Shown here piece after piece: positions 35,122-44,704 of a stretch of DNA of 64,000 bases; position 1 is the first letter of the stretch; each line of letters opens with the position of its first letter. The notes beneath the pieces were generated by a model, which was not told where the DNA came from, searched no databases, and worked only from the letters and a program-made list of their open reading frames with translations. The stretch is from assembly GCA_965224245.1 (NCBI GenBank), contig OZ245046.1, positions 2,784,001-2,848,000 on the forward strand, written 5' to 3'. The stretch comes from Candidatus Eiseniibacteriota bacterium. GTDB taxonomy: Bacteria; Eisenbacteria; RBG-16-71-46; CAZAMP01. Position numbers and translations under genes: made by a program.

Positions 35122-36771
35122 CTAGTGAAGGCCCGGCGTCATCAGATGGATGTCGACCCGGTGCGAGGTGTCGTCGGGCGCACGGAACGCGGTCGCCACG
35201 GACGTGACCTGGCCCACGAACGCGCGGGCATGGATGCGCGCGACCCCGACGCCCATCTGTACGAGGCTGCGCTGCACCGACGCCGCATACGCACGCGCCA
35301 GCTCCAGCCCGTTGCGGGGATCCCCCCACGGGTCCACGGCGTGGCCGTCGACGATCACCTGCACGTCGCGCTCGCCGACCACGATCGACGCCAGCGAGGC
35401 GAGACATCCCTCGGCCTCGGGTCGCAGATGCCCGTGGCTCGGATCGAACAGGTACGCGCTCGGGAAGCTCAGGGTGTAGCCGTCGAGCGTCCGTCGGGCA
35501 TCCACCGCACCGCGACACTGAGCCGTCCAGTCACTCAGCGCGATCGCGAGCGCATCCGCGTGCGGCCGACCGGCCGGGAGCTGCGGTGTCTCGACGGCCG
35601 GCATCGGATCGGTCGCGTACCGACCTCCGAACACCCCGACCGTCGAGGCCGGAACGCCACCCGATCGCCGCGCCGCGGCCGAGGCGATGGTCTCGGCCTC
35701 GGACGACCCGACGCGCGCCCCCGGGCTCCACGTCGTGCGACCGTCACGCCCCGGGTCCGTCGCCACCGGATCGCCGATCGCGTCGCCACGCTGGGCCTCC
35801 AGCGAGCTGAGCCGGCGGGCCAGCGCGTCGTTCTGGGCCAGCAGCGTGTCCAGGAGTCGCTCGAGCCGGTCCACGTCGTTCGCGGTGACCCCGGTCGCGC
35901 CCGTCGCGGCGCCGCTCATCGTCGCGGGAGGCGCCATCGGAGAGGCTCCCATGGGGCCGGGTCCGAGCATGACCGGCACGTCCGCATACGACTCACCGGC
36001 GATGACCGCACCGCGCGGCGGCACGCCGATGGCACGCGCCTTCAGCTCGGCGATCTCCCGCGGGCTCAGCTCCTGATCCATGGCGTCGACGTCGGGGGCG
36101 GGCATCGTGAAGGACGCCGCACGTACCGGCGACCCGGGCTGCCCGACGCCCGCGGGATCCGCCATCCGCGTGGGATACGGGGTCTCCACCCGCGCGGGCG
36201 GATCGAACCGCCACGTCGCCCCGACCGACAGGTTCCAGTTGTCGATGTCGTCGACGAACTGTCGCCGGAGCTCGACCATCCACCCGAGCCCCGGATTCGC
36301 GCTCTCTACACCGAGACCGAGATCGAGGCCGAGGTTCAGTCCGGTGAGTGCGTCCTCGAGGCTCGCGTCGTGGGCGATGTGCGCGTTCACGAGATGCACC
36401 CCGAGGCCGGTCACCGCGTACGGCACGACACTCTTGACGGCCGCTACGTGCCATCGGAGGTCGCCGTGCAGGCCCAGATCGCGGATGCTACCCTTCGCGC
36501 GGCTGCCGAGATCGCCGCGATCGATGTCGGCCGCCCAGTAGTCGAGCCCCGCGGTCAGACGGAAGTTCGGATCCCCGAGCGTCCCGAGCCCGACCGTCGC
36601 GCCCCATCGCACACCGGCGTCCGCGTTGGCCGGGTTGACGATGCCGGTGGTCAGGCGAAGCGCGTCCGGACCGGTGGTCCGGGCGGCGGCCGGGGGAGTG
36701 AGCTGTGCATGCCCGATCGCCGCCGTCCCGGCCAGCAGCATGACGCAGAGTGCGGGAGTGAACCGTTTCAT
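35122..36771 (-). CDS. Outer-membrane beta-barrel protein with a long linker and degenerate OmpA/MotB-like C-terminal domain
   Basis: GGAGG RBS and signal peptide. Barrel strands (PYAVTGLGVHL, WNLSVGATWRF), then LFDP....L...VDGH...V...L...GV...RI......HRVDI. Confidence 0.7.
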   Translation of the reverse strand: MKRFTPALCVMLLAGTAAIGHAQLTPPAAARTTGPDALRLTTGIVNPANADAGVRWGATVGLGTLGDPNFRLTAGLDYWAADIDRGDLGSRAKGSIRDLGLHGDLRWHVAAVKSVVPYAVTGLGVHLVNAHIAHDASLEDALTGLNLGLDLGLGVESANPGLGWMVELRRQFVDDIDNWNLSVGATWRFDPPARVETPYPTRMADPAGVGQPGSPVRAASFTMPAPDVDAMDQELSPREIAELKARAIGVPPRGAVIAGESYADVPVMLGPGPMGASPMAPPATMSGAATGATGVTANDVDRLERLLDTLLAQNDALARRLSSLEAQRGDAIGDPVATDPGRDGRTTWSPGARVGSSEAETIASAAARRSGGVPASTVGVFGGRYATDPMPAVETPQLPAGRPHADALAIALSDWTAQCRGAVDARRTLDGYTLSFPSAYLFDPSHGHLRPEAEGCLASLASIVVGERDVQVIVDGHAVDPWGDPRNGLELARAYAASVQRSLVQMGVGVARIHARAFVGQVTSVATAFRAPDDTSHRVDIHLMTPGLH

Positions 36772-36885
36772 GACGCCTCCGTTCGAGGTCGCGTGCAATC
36801 CGTGTGGAACGGCGCGGGGACGTGTCCGTCGCCGGCCGGGGATTCCCTGCGTCCAGTTGGACCCGCCGGGCGCTCGGTGGGTCAC

Positions 36886-37941
36886 ATGAGTTCAACGAAC
36901 CCGAAGGGCAGCAATCGATTGGCTCTGAGGAAGATCCACCTCCAGGAGCCTCTGGGTCCGGACGAACGCCGGTGGCTGGAGACCGCGTGCCGGACCGACC
37001 CGGCCATCACCGAGGGCCCCGAGCCGCCCCCCGACGCGGCCTACGACACCCTGGTGGCCGGCGTGCCGACCGAGGCCCTCCTCGACGGCTCCGATCGGCT
37101 CGCCCGGGTGGTGATTCCGTGGGCCGGCCTTCCCTCGACGACGGCGGCCCGGCTGGCCGCGCGGCCCCACCTCCGCGTCTACAACGTGCACCACAACGCG
37201 GCAGCCACGGCCGAGATGGCCGTCGGGCTGGTCATCGCCGCGGCCAAGCGCCTGGTCCCGCACGACGCCGCGCTCCGGGCCGGTGACTGGCGCTCCCGCT
37301 CGGCGCGCGATCAGGCGATCTCGCTCCGCGATCGCGACGCGGTGGTGCTCGGGCACGGCGCCATCGGATCGCGTGTGGCGCCGGCGCTGGCCGCTCTCGG
37401 CATGCGCGTCACCGCGCTTCGCCGAGGATCGGCGTCCCACCGGGCGGCCGCGCCGGACGACGCACGAGATCGCGCCGACGACGATGCGAGATCCCCCGCG
37501 ATCGCGGTCCGCGACACCCGCGACTGGCCCGACCCGCTGGACGGGGCGACGGTGCTCGTGGTGTGCGTTCCGTTCACACGCGAGACCGAGGGACTGGTCG
37601 ACGCCGCGGCGCTCACCCGTCTCGCGCCCGACGCCGTCGTGGTGAACGTGGCGCGCGGCCCCATCGTCGACGAGGATGCGCTCTACGAGGCGCTCAGGAC
37701 CGACCGCATCTTCGGGGCCGGGCTCGACGTCTGGTACCGGTATCCGCGCGAGGACGTGACCGAGCGCGTGTTCCCGTCGCGGCACGCGTTCCACGAGCTC
37801 CCGAACGTGGTGCTGAGCCCACACCGCGCGGGTCACGTTCGCGAGACCGAGCGGCTCCGCGTCGAGGCCCTCGCCGCGCTGTTCGACGCGATCTCGGCCG
37901 GACGTCCGCCGCGCGAGGTGAAGGTCGAGCGCGGCTACTGA
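36886..37941 (+). CDS. D-isomer-specific 2-hydroxyacid dehydrogenase
   Basis: GHGAIG, VNVARGPIVDEDALY, GAGLDVW, NVVLSPHRAG. Confidence 0.9.
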   Translation: MSSTNPKGSNRLALRKIHLQEPLGPDERRWLETACRTDPAITEGPEPPPDAAYDTLVAGVPTEALLDGSDRLARVVIPWAGLPSTTAARLAARPHLRVYNVHHNAAATAEMAVGLVIAAAKRLVPHDAALRAGDWRSRSARDQAISLRDRDAVVLGHGAIGSRVAPALAALGMRVTALRRGSASHRAAAPDDARDRADDDARSPAIAVRDTRDWPDPLDGATVLVVCVPFTRETEGLVDAAALTRLAPDAVVVNVARGPIVDEDALYEALRTDRIFGAGLDVWYRYPREDVTERVFPSRHAFHELPNVVLSPHRAGHVRETERLRVEALAALFDAISAGRPPREVKVERGY

Positions 37942-38039
37942 CCGCGGCCGCCTCGCGACGTTTCACCGGCGCGCGGCTCTTCGCTACACTGCCCGCCGAC
38001 CCGAGTCCCTGACCCCGACCACCGCGGCGGAAGGCCCCC

Positions 38040-39941
38040 GTGATTCGACCGGCACTCATGCTCGTGCTCTGGGCGGCGGCCGCCGCCCTAACCGAGGCGG
38101 CGATACTCGAGCGGATCTTCTTCGTGCGCCTCCGACGGGCCACCGACAGTCTGGAGCTGGTCGCGAACTACGCGATCGGGGTCCTCGTGGTCGGGCTCGT
38201 GGTCGCCGCGGCGACCCGGCTCGCTCGACGATCGCGCGGCGGGGCTCCGGCCGGTCGCGTGATCGAGGCGTGCCTCGGCATCGGGCTCCTCGGCGCGGTG
38301 CTCTGGAACGCCACCGTGGCGTTCCGTCTCGGGGGTCGACACGCATCGCTCGGTGCCGCGCTTCTGGCCGTCCTCGTGCTCGTGCTGGTGACGCTGGCCG
38401 CCATCGCGTTCGCCCGCGCCACACCGAAGCGGGCGGCGACGGTGCGCATCGGGCTCGCTCTCTACGTCGGCGCCGCGATGCTGATCAATCCGCTCCGGCG
38501 CGGGGACACCGCGTCCGGCGTCGAGGTGGCGCACGCGCGACTCACCGCCGCCCCCCGCAACGTGCTCGTGATCCTGACCGACACGCTCCGGTCCGACTAT
38601 CTCGGCTGCTACGGGCAAGCGCTGCCCACCAGTCCCACGATCGACTCGCTGGCGGTGGCCGGCGCGCGGTTCACCGACGCGATCGGAGCGGCGTCGTGGA
38701 CGTTGCCGTCGACCGCATCACTGATGACCGGATGGTTTCCGGCCAGCCACGGGGCCGATCGTCCGTTCGCCGCGATCCGGCCCGGCGCTCCACGCCTGGC
38801 CTCGATCTTCGCCGGGGCCGGGTTTCGGACCGCCGCGTTCAGCGAGAACGCGATGATCATCCCGCGCTACGGATTCGGCGACGGCTTCGATCACTACTGG
38901 AGCTTCTGGTTTCCGTGGGTCACCCAGAGCGCGCTCGCCCATCGCGTGCACGCGCGCGCGGGTCTCCCGTGGCTGTCGTTCACCGAGAAGCGCGAGTATC
39001 CCGAGAGCTTCGAGGACCCGCGCGACCTTCGCTGGGACGCGCGGGTGACCGCCGAGCGCGTCTCGGCCTGGATCGACGAACACGCGAGCGAGCGCTTCTT
39101 CGTCTACGTGCACTTCATGGGTCCGCATGGACCCTACGGACCGCCGGAGTACCTGCTGCCCGGCGCGGCGCCCCGCGTCCGTCTCGCCGATCATCCGAAG
39201 TCCATCGGCGAGGCGTTCCCGCTGGGGACGCCCGGCGCACCGGTCTCCGACGACGAGCGCGCGTTCATCACCACGATGTACGCGGCGGACGTGCGCTACG
39301 TGGACAGCGCGGTGGCCAGGATCGTGGACACCCTGCGCCGACGGAATCTCCTGGACGACACGCTGATCCTGTTCACGAGCGACCACGGCGAGGAGTTCTT
39401 CGAGCACTCGGGGTGGAACCACGGGGCGAGCGCGTTCCGGGAGATCACCGACGTGCCACTGATCGTCGCGGGAGCCGGCATCCGGGCGCGCGGCGAGGTC
39501 ATCGGCGATCGCGTCCGGACGATCGACGTGGCGCCGACGCTGGTGGAGCTCGCCGGTCTCGTCACGAACGCTCCCTTTGCCGGACACAGCCTCGCGGGAC
39601 GGCTCACCGGATCGCCCGCCCCCCAGGACGCGCCGCCGGCATTCGTGGACGCCTGCGTTCGCCGCCCGTCCGACGGATCGGTCGCGGCGCTGGTGACCAA
39701 TGCCTACAAGGTCGTGCGGGTGCGGGCCGGCGATCGCGACACCGTGATGCTGTTCGACCGCCGATCGGACCCGACCGAGGAGCACGACCTCGCACCCACG
39801 CTACCGGCCACACGGGACTCGCTCCTGCGCGGGCTCTACGAGTGGGAACGCGTCGCCGGCGCCCATGGTGGCTCCGCGCGCGATCTACCCGTCGATCCGA
39901 CCATGGAAGACGCGCTCCGCTCGCTCGGCTACATCAACTGA
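38040..39941 (+). CDS. Membrane-anchored sulfatase-like hydrolase/transferase (alkaline phosphatase superfamily)
   Basis: About 5 N-terminal TM segments. NVLVILTDTLRSD, SWTLPSTASLMTG, HFMGPHGPY, TSDHGEEF.EH. Confidence 0.88.
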   Translation: MIRPALMLVLWAAAAALTEAAILERIFFVRLRRATDSLELVANYAIGVLVVGLVVAAATRLARRSRGGAPAGRVIEACLGIGLLGAVLWNATVAFRLGGRHASLGAALLAVLVLVLVTLAAIAFARATPKRAATVRIGLALYVGAAMLINPLRRGDTASGVEVAHARLTAAPRNVLVILTDTLRSDYLGCYGQALPTSPTIDSLAVAGARFTDAIGAASWTLPSTASLMTGWFPASHGADRPFAAIRPGAPRLASIFAGAGFRTAAFSENAMIIPRYGFGDGFDHYWSFWFPWVTQSALAHRVHARAGLPWLSFTEKREYPESFEDPRDLRWDARVTAERVSAWIDEHASERFFVYVHFMGPHGPYGPPEYLLPGAAPRVRLADHPKSIGEAFPLGTPGAPVSDDERAFITTMYAADVRYVDSAVARIVDTLRRRNLLDDTLILFTSDHGEEFFEHSGWNHGASAFREITDVPLIVAGAGIRARGEVIGDRVRTIDVAPTLVELAGLVTNAPFAGHSLAGRLTGSPAPQDAPPAFVDACVRRPSDGSVAALVTNAYKVVRVRAGDRDTVMLFDRRSDPTEEHDLAPTLPATRDSLLRGLYEWERVAGAHGGSARDLPVDPTMEDALRSLGYIN

Positions 39942-40052
39942 GCGGCGGCGATCCCAACTCGGACGTGACACGCCGGGGGACAGCACGTACCATGCGCGCC
40001 TGCCGTCGACCCGGATCGGTCTCCAGCTCCTCTGCGTCCGGAAAGCCGTCAC

Positions 40053-40829
40053 ATGAAGCTCGTCACGTGGAACGTGAACTCGATCAAGGCCCGGCTCCCG
40101 CGCGTGCTGGAGTTCCTGGACACGCACGCGCCCGACGTCCTGTGCGTGCAGGAGACGAAGACCACGTCGGAGGACTTCCCTCACCTCGCGCTCGCGGAGA
40201 AGGGTTACCGCGCGGTCGAGCACAGCAGCGGCCGCTGGACCGGGGTGGCGATCATCACGCGCGAGGGGCTCGACGTGCGGGATCCCGAGCGCGGGCTCGC
40301 GGGAACGCCGCTACCCGACGAGGCTCGCTGGATCGAGGCCACCGTCGAGGGCCTGCGCGTCGTGAGCGTCTACGTGGTCAACGGCCGCACGCTGGACGAT
40401 CCGATGTACCGGACGAAGCTCGAGTTCCTCGATCGGATGATCGCGCGCGCGGGTGCGCTGGCCGCGACCCCGTCGGTGATCGTCGGTGACTACAACATCG
40501 CGCCGGCGGACGTGGACGTCTACGATCCCGAGAAGTTCGTGGGCACCACACACACGTCGGACGCCGAGCGCGAGCGGCTGAGAGCGCTTCTCGACTCCGG
40601 GTTCGTGGACGCGTACCGGCACCTTCACCCCGAGGAGGTGCAGTACACGTGGTGGGACTACCGCATGGGCCATTTCCATCGGGGCATGGGCCTTCGCATC
40701 GACCTCGCGCTGGTCTCGGCCGACGTCGCGTCGCGCCTGTCGGCGTGCGGGATCGAGCGTCCGTTCCGAAAAGGACCCAAGCCCTCCGATCACGCTCCGC
40801 TGGTCGTGCAGATCGACGCCGCCTCGTGA
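40053..40829 (+). CDS. xth: Exodeoxyribonuclease III
   Basis: TWNVNS, QETK, GDYNIAP, YTWWDYR, GLRID, SDHAP. Confidence 0.96.
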   Translation: MKLVTWNVNSIKARLPRVLEFLDTHAPDVLCVQETKTTSEDFPHLALAEKGYRAVEHSSGRWTGVAIITREGLDVRDPERGLAGTPLPDEARWIEATVEGLRVVSVYVVNGRTLDDPMYRTKLEFLDRMIARAGALAATPSVIVGDYNIAPADVDVYDPEKFVGTTHTSDAERERLRALLDSGFVDAYRHLHPEEVQYTWWDYRMGHFHRGMGLRIDLALVSADVASRLSACGIERPFRKGPKPSDHAPLVVQIDAAS

Positions 40830-40847
40830 CCGGGCGGCGAGGCTCGC

Positions 40848-41408
40848 TCAGTACGCGACCGACCGCAGCAGGCGATCCCCGCGGAACACGAACGTGACGT
40901 AGGCCTCGGGGTACGTCCAGAACTCGCTGATGATCCCCTGGTCGTTCTCGCGGTGACGGTATCGCGGGAAGCCGTACGTCTCGTAGATGCGCGAGCGATC
41001 ACCGCCCCACGCCGCGCGGAGGTTCATGAAGCGCAGGTTCTTCCGCGCGCGCTTCCCCTTCACCGTCAGGAGGATGCCCGGCTTCACCTCGATGTAGCGG
41101 GTGTCGCCGGCCATGACCCGCGACGCCGCGGTCGATACCGAGACGATGGATGTGGGCGATGCCGGCGACGCTGGTGACGCGGACGACGGGGCGGAGGCCG
41201 TCTCCGGCGCGGGGGTCGGCGGCGTGACGTCGTCGGCGTGAATGACGATCCGGATGGGCTCTCCCGTCCGGGGGGGTTCGATCTCGCTCCGGGCGCTCGT
41301 CGCCGACGCCACGAGCGCGGCGGCAACCGCGACGGCGGCGGCGGCGCGTCGTCCGGCTCGGCGAGACGCGATGGGCGCGAAACGGTGGGACCAGGTCGTT
41401 CGCGACAC
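40848..41408 (-). CDS. Exported hypothetical protein
   Basis: GAGGAGG RBS before GTG at 41408. Arg-rich n-region and Ala-rich h-region, Pro/Ser linker, C-terminal YGFP...EFWTYP...FVF.GDRL. Confidence 0.65.
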   Translation of the reverse strand: MSRTTWSHRFAPIASRRAGRRAAAAVAVAAALVASATSARSEIEPPRTGEPIRIVIHADDVTPPTPAPETASAPSSASPASPASPTSIVSVSTAASRVMAGDTRYIEVKPGILLTVKGKRARKNLRFMNLRAAWGGDRSRIYETYGFPRYRHRENDQGIISEFWTYPEAYVTFVFRGDRLLRSVAY

Positions 41409-41601
41409 GGTGTCCTCCTCGGGTGGTGAGCTCGTGTGTGCCGGCCGAACCAGGCCGGGCCGGCCCTCCACGCGGAGTATAGCGGAAACGCTCTAATCCA
41501 GGCCACGCCCGGTCCAGAGACCGCCGTTGAGAAACCGGGCGGTGCCGTCGAACAAGGAACGCGACGCGCCAGCCCTTCCTCGAAGACCCGAGCCCCGGCG
41601 G

Positions 41602-43119
41602 ATGCCGATGTCGTCGGTCGCATCGACGATCGAACACGTTTCGACGAAACGACTTGTCGCGCCCGTCCTCGCCGCCGGGGCACTCGCCGGGCTGGCCGCC
41701 GGTCTCCGGCAACCGATCTGGGTCGTGGCTGCGCTGGCCGCCGCGGCGAGCATCGGGCTCTGGCGCCGGCTTCCGCTGGCGATCCACGCGCTCACGCTCT
41801 GGGTCCCCATCCAGTACGCGGTGACGAAGGACCTGGCGCTCCTGCCCCGCGCCGCGGTCTGGCTGGACGAGGCGACCCTGGTGGGTCTGGCGGCGGCCCT
41901 CGTCCTGCGCCGGGTACGGCTGAGCACGCCGTTCGGCCCGACGCCGATCGATCGCCCGCTCCTCGCGTTCCTCCTGGTGGCCGCGGCGTCGGCGATCGCC
42001 AACGAGGTCCGTCCGATCGTCGCCATACTGGGATTGCGCGATCTCCTGCAGTACCTGGTCGTGTTCTACGCGCTCGCGTGGCTCCCTCTGTCCCCCCGAC
42101 TGGATCGCGCGTGCATTCGGCTCGCGGTCGGCGTCGGCCTGCTCCAGGCGCCGGTCGCGCTCGTGCAGGCCGCCTTGCTGTTCCGGGGCGCCGGGGATCG
42201 CCTGCTCGAAGGGAACTACGACATGACCGTGGGCACGTTCGGCCCCAGCGGTGGCGACTTCGTCGCGTACTACGTGACGTTCCTGTTTCTCCTCCTTCTG
42301 GCGCGCGCGCGATACGGCCGTCCGGTGAACGCGCTGGTGTTCCCGGCGTTGATCATCCCGTTCGTCGCGTCGACGTCGCGGCTGTGCTTTCTCGCGTTCC
42401 CGCCGTGCGCGCTCTGGCTCTTCCGCCGACAGGTTCTCTCCCACCCGCGCCGACTCGTGGTTCCCACCGCCGTGATCGGGATCGCGCTGGCCGGGCTCGC
42501 ACTCTACTACCGAAACGACCCCGCGCTGATGCGGATGGTGTTCGACCCCCGCACCATCGTCGCGTCCCAGTTCACGGTGGACGCTCACTACGTGGGCAGG
42601 GCCGTTCACTATCCGATGGCCTGGACGATGCTCACCGACATGGCGGCCAGCCCGTGGCTGGGGCTGGGGCCGGGCATGTACGTCGGTCCGACCGCGCACC
42701 ACTTCATGGTGCCGGCGACGCGGCTCGTCTACGACGTGTTCGGGATGGACCCCGCCACGCTGCGTTTCGGATCGGTGGACTCGGGGATCCTGCCGATCGT
42801 GACGCCGTACGGGGTCCTGGGTCTCACCGCCTTCGCGTGGATCCTGGCCCGGGTGTTCGGCATGGCCCGGGCGCTGGAGCGATCCGCCCGGCGGCCGGAG
42901 GATCGTGCGCTGGGCGCCGGCATGGGCGCGATCGTGCTGTTCGCGGTGCTGGGATGCCTGGCCGCGCCCGTGTTCGAGGTTCAGGTGCTGGCGTACTTCT
43001 TCTGGCTGTTCGCCGGCCTCGCGGTCCGCGCGGCCCGACGGAATGCCCTCTCCGGACGTGCACGGGGACACGCCGACCCGCTCGCCGCACACCCCGTCGA
43101 CCCGGCGGCCCGGGCATGA
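41602..43119 (+). CDS. O-antigen ligase/Wzy-like polytopic membrane protein
   Basis: About 12 TM segments, GTFG loop, STSR, large periplasmic loop ending PWLGLGPGMY, YGVLGL. Start uncertain. Confidence 0.72.
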   Translation: MPMSSVASTIEHVSTKRLVAPVLAAGALAGLAAGLRQPIWVVAALAAAASIGLWRRLPLAIHALTLWVPIQYAVTKDLALLPRAAVWLDEATLVGLAAALVLRRVRLSTPFGPTPIDRPLLAFLLVAAASAIANEVRPIVAILGLRDLLQYLVVFYALAWLPLSPRLDRACIRLAVGVGLLQAPVALVQAALLFRGAGDRLLEGNYDMTVGTFGPSGGDFVAYYVTFLFLLLLARARYGRPVNALVFPALIIPFVASTSRLCFLAFPPCALWLFRRQVLSHPRRLVVPTAVIGIALAGLALYYRNDPALMRMVFDPRTIVASQFTVDAHYVGRAVHYPMAWTMLTDMAASPWLGLGPGMYVGPTAHHFMVPATRLVYDVFGMDPATLRFGSVDSGILPIVTPYGVLGLTAFAWILARVFGMARALERSARRPEDRALGAGMGAIVLFAVLGCLAAPVFEVQVLAYFFWLFAGLAVRAARRNALSGRARGHADPLAAHPVDPAARA

Positions 43120-43463
43120 TCCCCTCCCCGATCGGCCCTCGCGCCCTCGGCGCCCGCTCGGCCGCCGCGTTCGCGATCGTCTCGTTCGCGACCGACGCCG
43201 CACTCCTGCTCGGCGACGCGGCAGGCGTCTCGCTCGCGCTCTCTCCGCGCTCGATCGCGCTCGCGGTCGTGATCGGGACCGCGTGGCTGTGGTCGGTTCT
43301 CTGGACGCTCCCGATGGTCGGTGCCGCCGTCCTCCACGTCGTTGCCAGCGCGCGGGGCCTCCGGGAGATCTCGCCCCTCGGCGACGGGCGGGTCTCGCCA
43401 CACGTTCTCTTCGCCGCCGGGCTCGTCAACGCCTGTACCGTCTGGCTGCTCTTTCCACGATGA
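43116..43463 (+). CDS. Small membrane protein
   Basis: ATGA-coupled to the upstream gene. 115 aa with about 3 hydrophobic segments (tail of the 41436..43463 frame). Confidence 0.55.
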   Translation: MIPSPIGPRALGARSAAAFAIVSFATDAALLLGDAAGVSLALSPRSIALAVVIGTAWLWSVLWTLPMVGAAVLHVVASARGLREISPLGDGRVSPHVLFAAGLVNACTVWLLFPR

Positions 43464-43727
43464 CGACGACGCCGACCCGGCCGGGCGTCGTCGAGACCCC
43501 GGCGGCTCGCGGCCGCCGGGCGTCTCTGAAGACGCGTGCGTCGATCCCCGGAACCGGCCTTCGGCTTCTCGTGATGATCCGCGCGCCGAGCGGATTTGTG
43601 ACTCGGCGGGCCCGTCGATTGTCCGTTGCTCGACGGCAACCGACCGCGTATCGTGCGCGGCATCGATCACGCATAGTCAATTCGCCATACGATGTGGCGG
43701 ATCCCGAACCTGGAGGAGGCTCTGCCA

Positions 43728-44642
43728 ATGACTGGTCTCAGCGCCCCGATGCCCTGGTGGCGACTGCTCTCGACGATCGCGGCCGCGGGACTTCTCGCCG
43801 CGGGTTGCGGCGACGACTCCGACGACGGCGTCAGCCCCGAGGACACGCCCCCCTCGAACCTGGCCGTGGTCAACGGTGACGGCCAGGTCACGCTCGTGTG
43901 GGATGCGGCAGTCGACGCCCGCCTGGCGGCCTTCGAGAGCTACAACATCTACCGCGCGCCGTCGAGCATGGTCGGGATGGCCCTCGACGACCTCGTCGAG
44001 TACGTGGTCGGCACCCGGCTGTTCGACGATGGGACCGAGTTCACCGACACCGGCGTGACCAACGGCAATCGCTATTTCTATGCCGTGCGCGCGGTGGACT
44101 CCAATGGCAGCGTGAGCGCCCCCTCGAACGAGATCGACGTGGCACCGCGTCCGGACGGAGGCCCGGTCGCCCTGTTCGAGTTCGACTCGAAGGGCACCAG
44201 CGGTCTCGGCCTGTCCGAGGGCGCATCGTTCGCGATGAGCAGCTCCAGTCCCGACAACCGTCCGATGATCGACCTGTACCTGGGCACGACCGACGAGAAC
44301 GATCTGCCCACCGATCCCCTCGACGAGAGCACCGTCTACTCGCTCGCGCTCAAGAGCCCGAGCCTGGTCCTGAATGGATCGCCCGCGTGGGCCGAGCGCT
44401 CGGCGAGCATCAAGGTGCTCCTGAGCTTCGACGAGCCCACCACCACCGACGACAACTGGACCGATCAGATCATCCTGGATCCCGCCGACCTCCCGAAGGT
44501 CTTCGCGGTGCGCACGCCGCTGGAGGAAGGTCAGTACCACTACGGGAAGGTCGAGGTCACGGGCATCAGCGGTGATCCCGGCTCGCGTCAGGTACAGCTG
44601 AACTGGGCCTATCAGACGCTGCCCGACTACATCAGCTTCTGA
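43728..44642 (+). CDS. Lipoprotein with an FnIII domain
   Basis: GGAGGAGG RBS, lipobox LAAG-C, FnIII pattern PPSNL...VTLVW...YNIYR...FTDTGVTNG.RYFYAVRAVD. Confidence 0.85.
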   Translation: MTGLSAPMPWWRLLSTIAAAGLLAAGCGDDSDDGVSPEDTPPSNLAVVNGDGQVTLVWDAAVDARLAAFESYNIYRAPSSMVGMALDDLVEYVVGTRLFDDGTEFTDTGVTNGNRYFYAVRAVDSNGSVSAPSNEIDVAPRPDGGPVALFEFDSKGTSGLGLSEGASFAMSSSSPDNRPMIDLYLGTTDENDLPTDPLDESTVYSLALKSPSLVLNGSPAWAERSASIKVLLSFDEPTTTDDNWTDQIILDPADLPKVFAVRTPLEEGQYHYGKVEVTGISGDPGSRQVQLNWAYQTLPDYISF

Positions 44643-44704
44643 CCGACTCCTCGTCGTGGCGCGGCGTGGTCGCGCCACGACACCCTCCGCACGGGACGTG
44701 ACCC

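Noticed and set aside
36794-36809. TTCCACACGGATTGCA upstream of the OmpA-like gene, resembling a sigma54 promoter
   Set aside because: It lacks the invariant -24 GG.
34939-36885. 1000-aa ORF suggesting a large fusion to the 2-hydroxyacid dehydrogenase
   Set aside because: The first ~650 codons are antisense to the OmpA-like gene. The dehydrogenase begins near ATG 36886.
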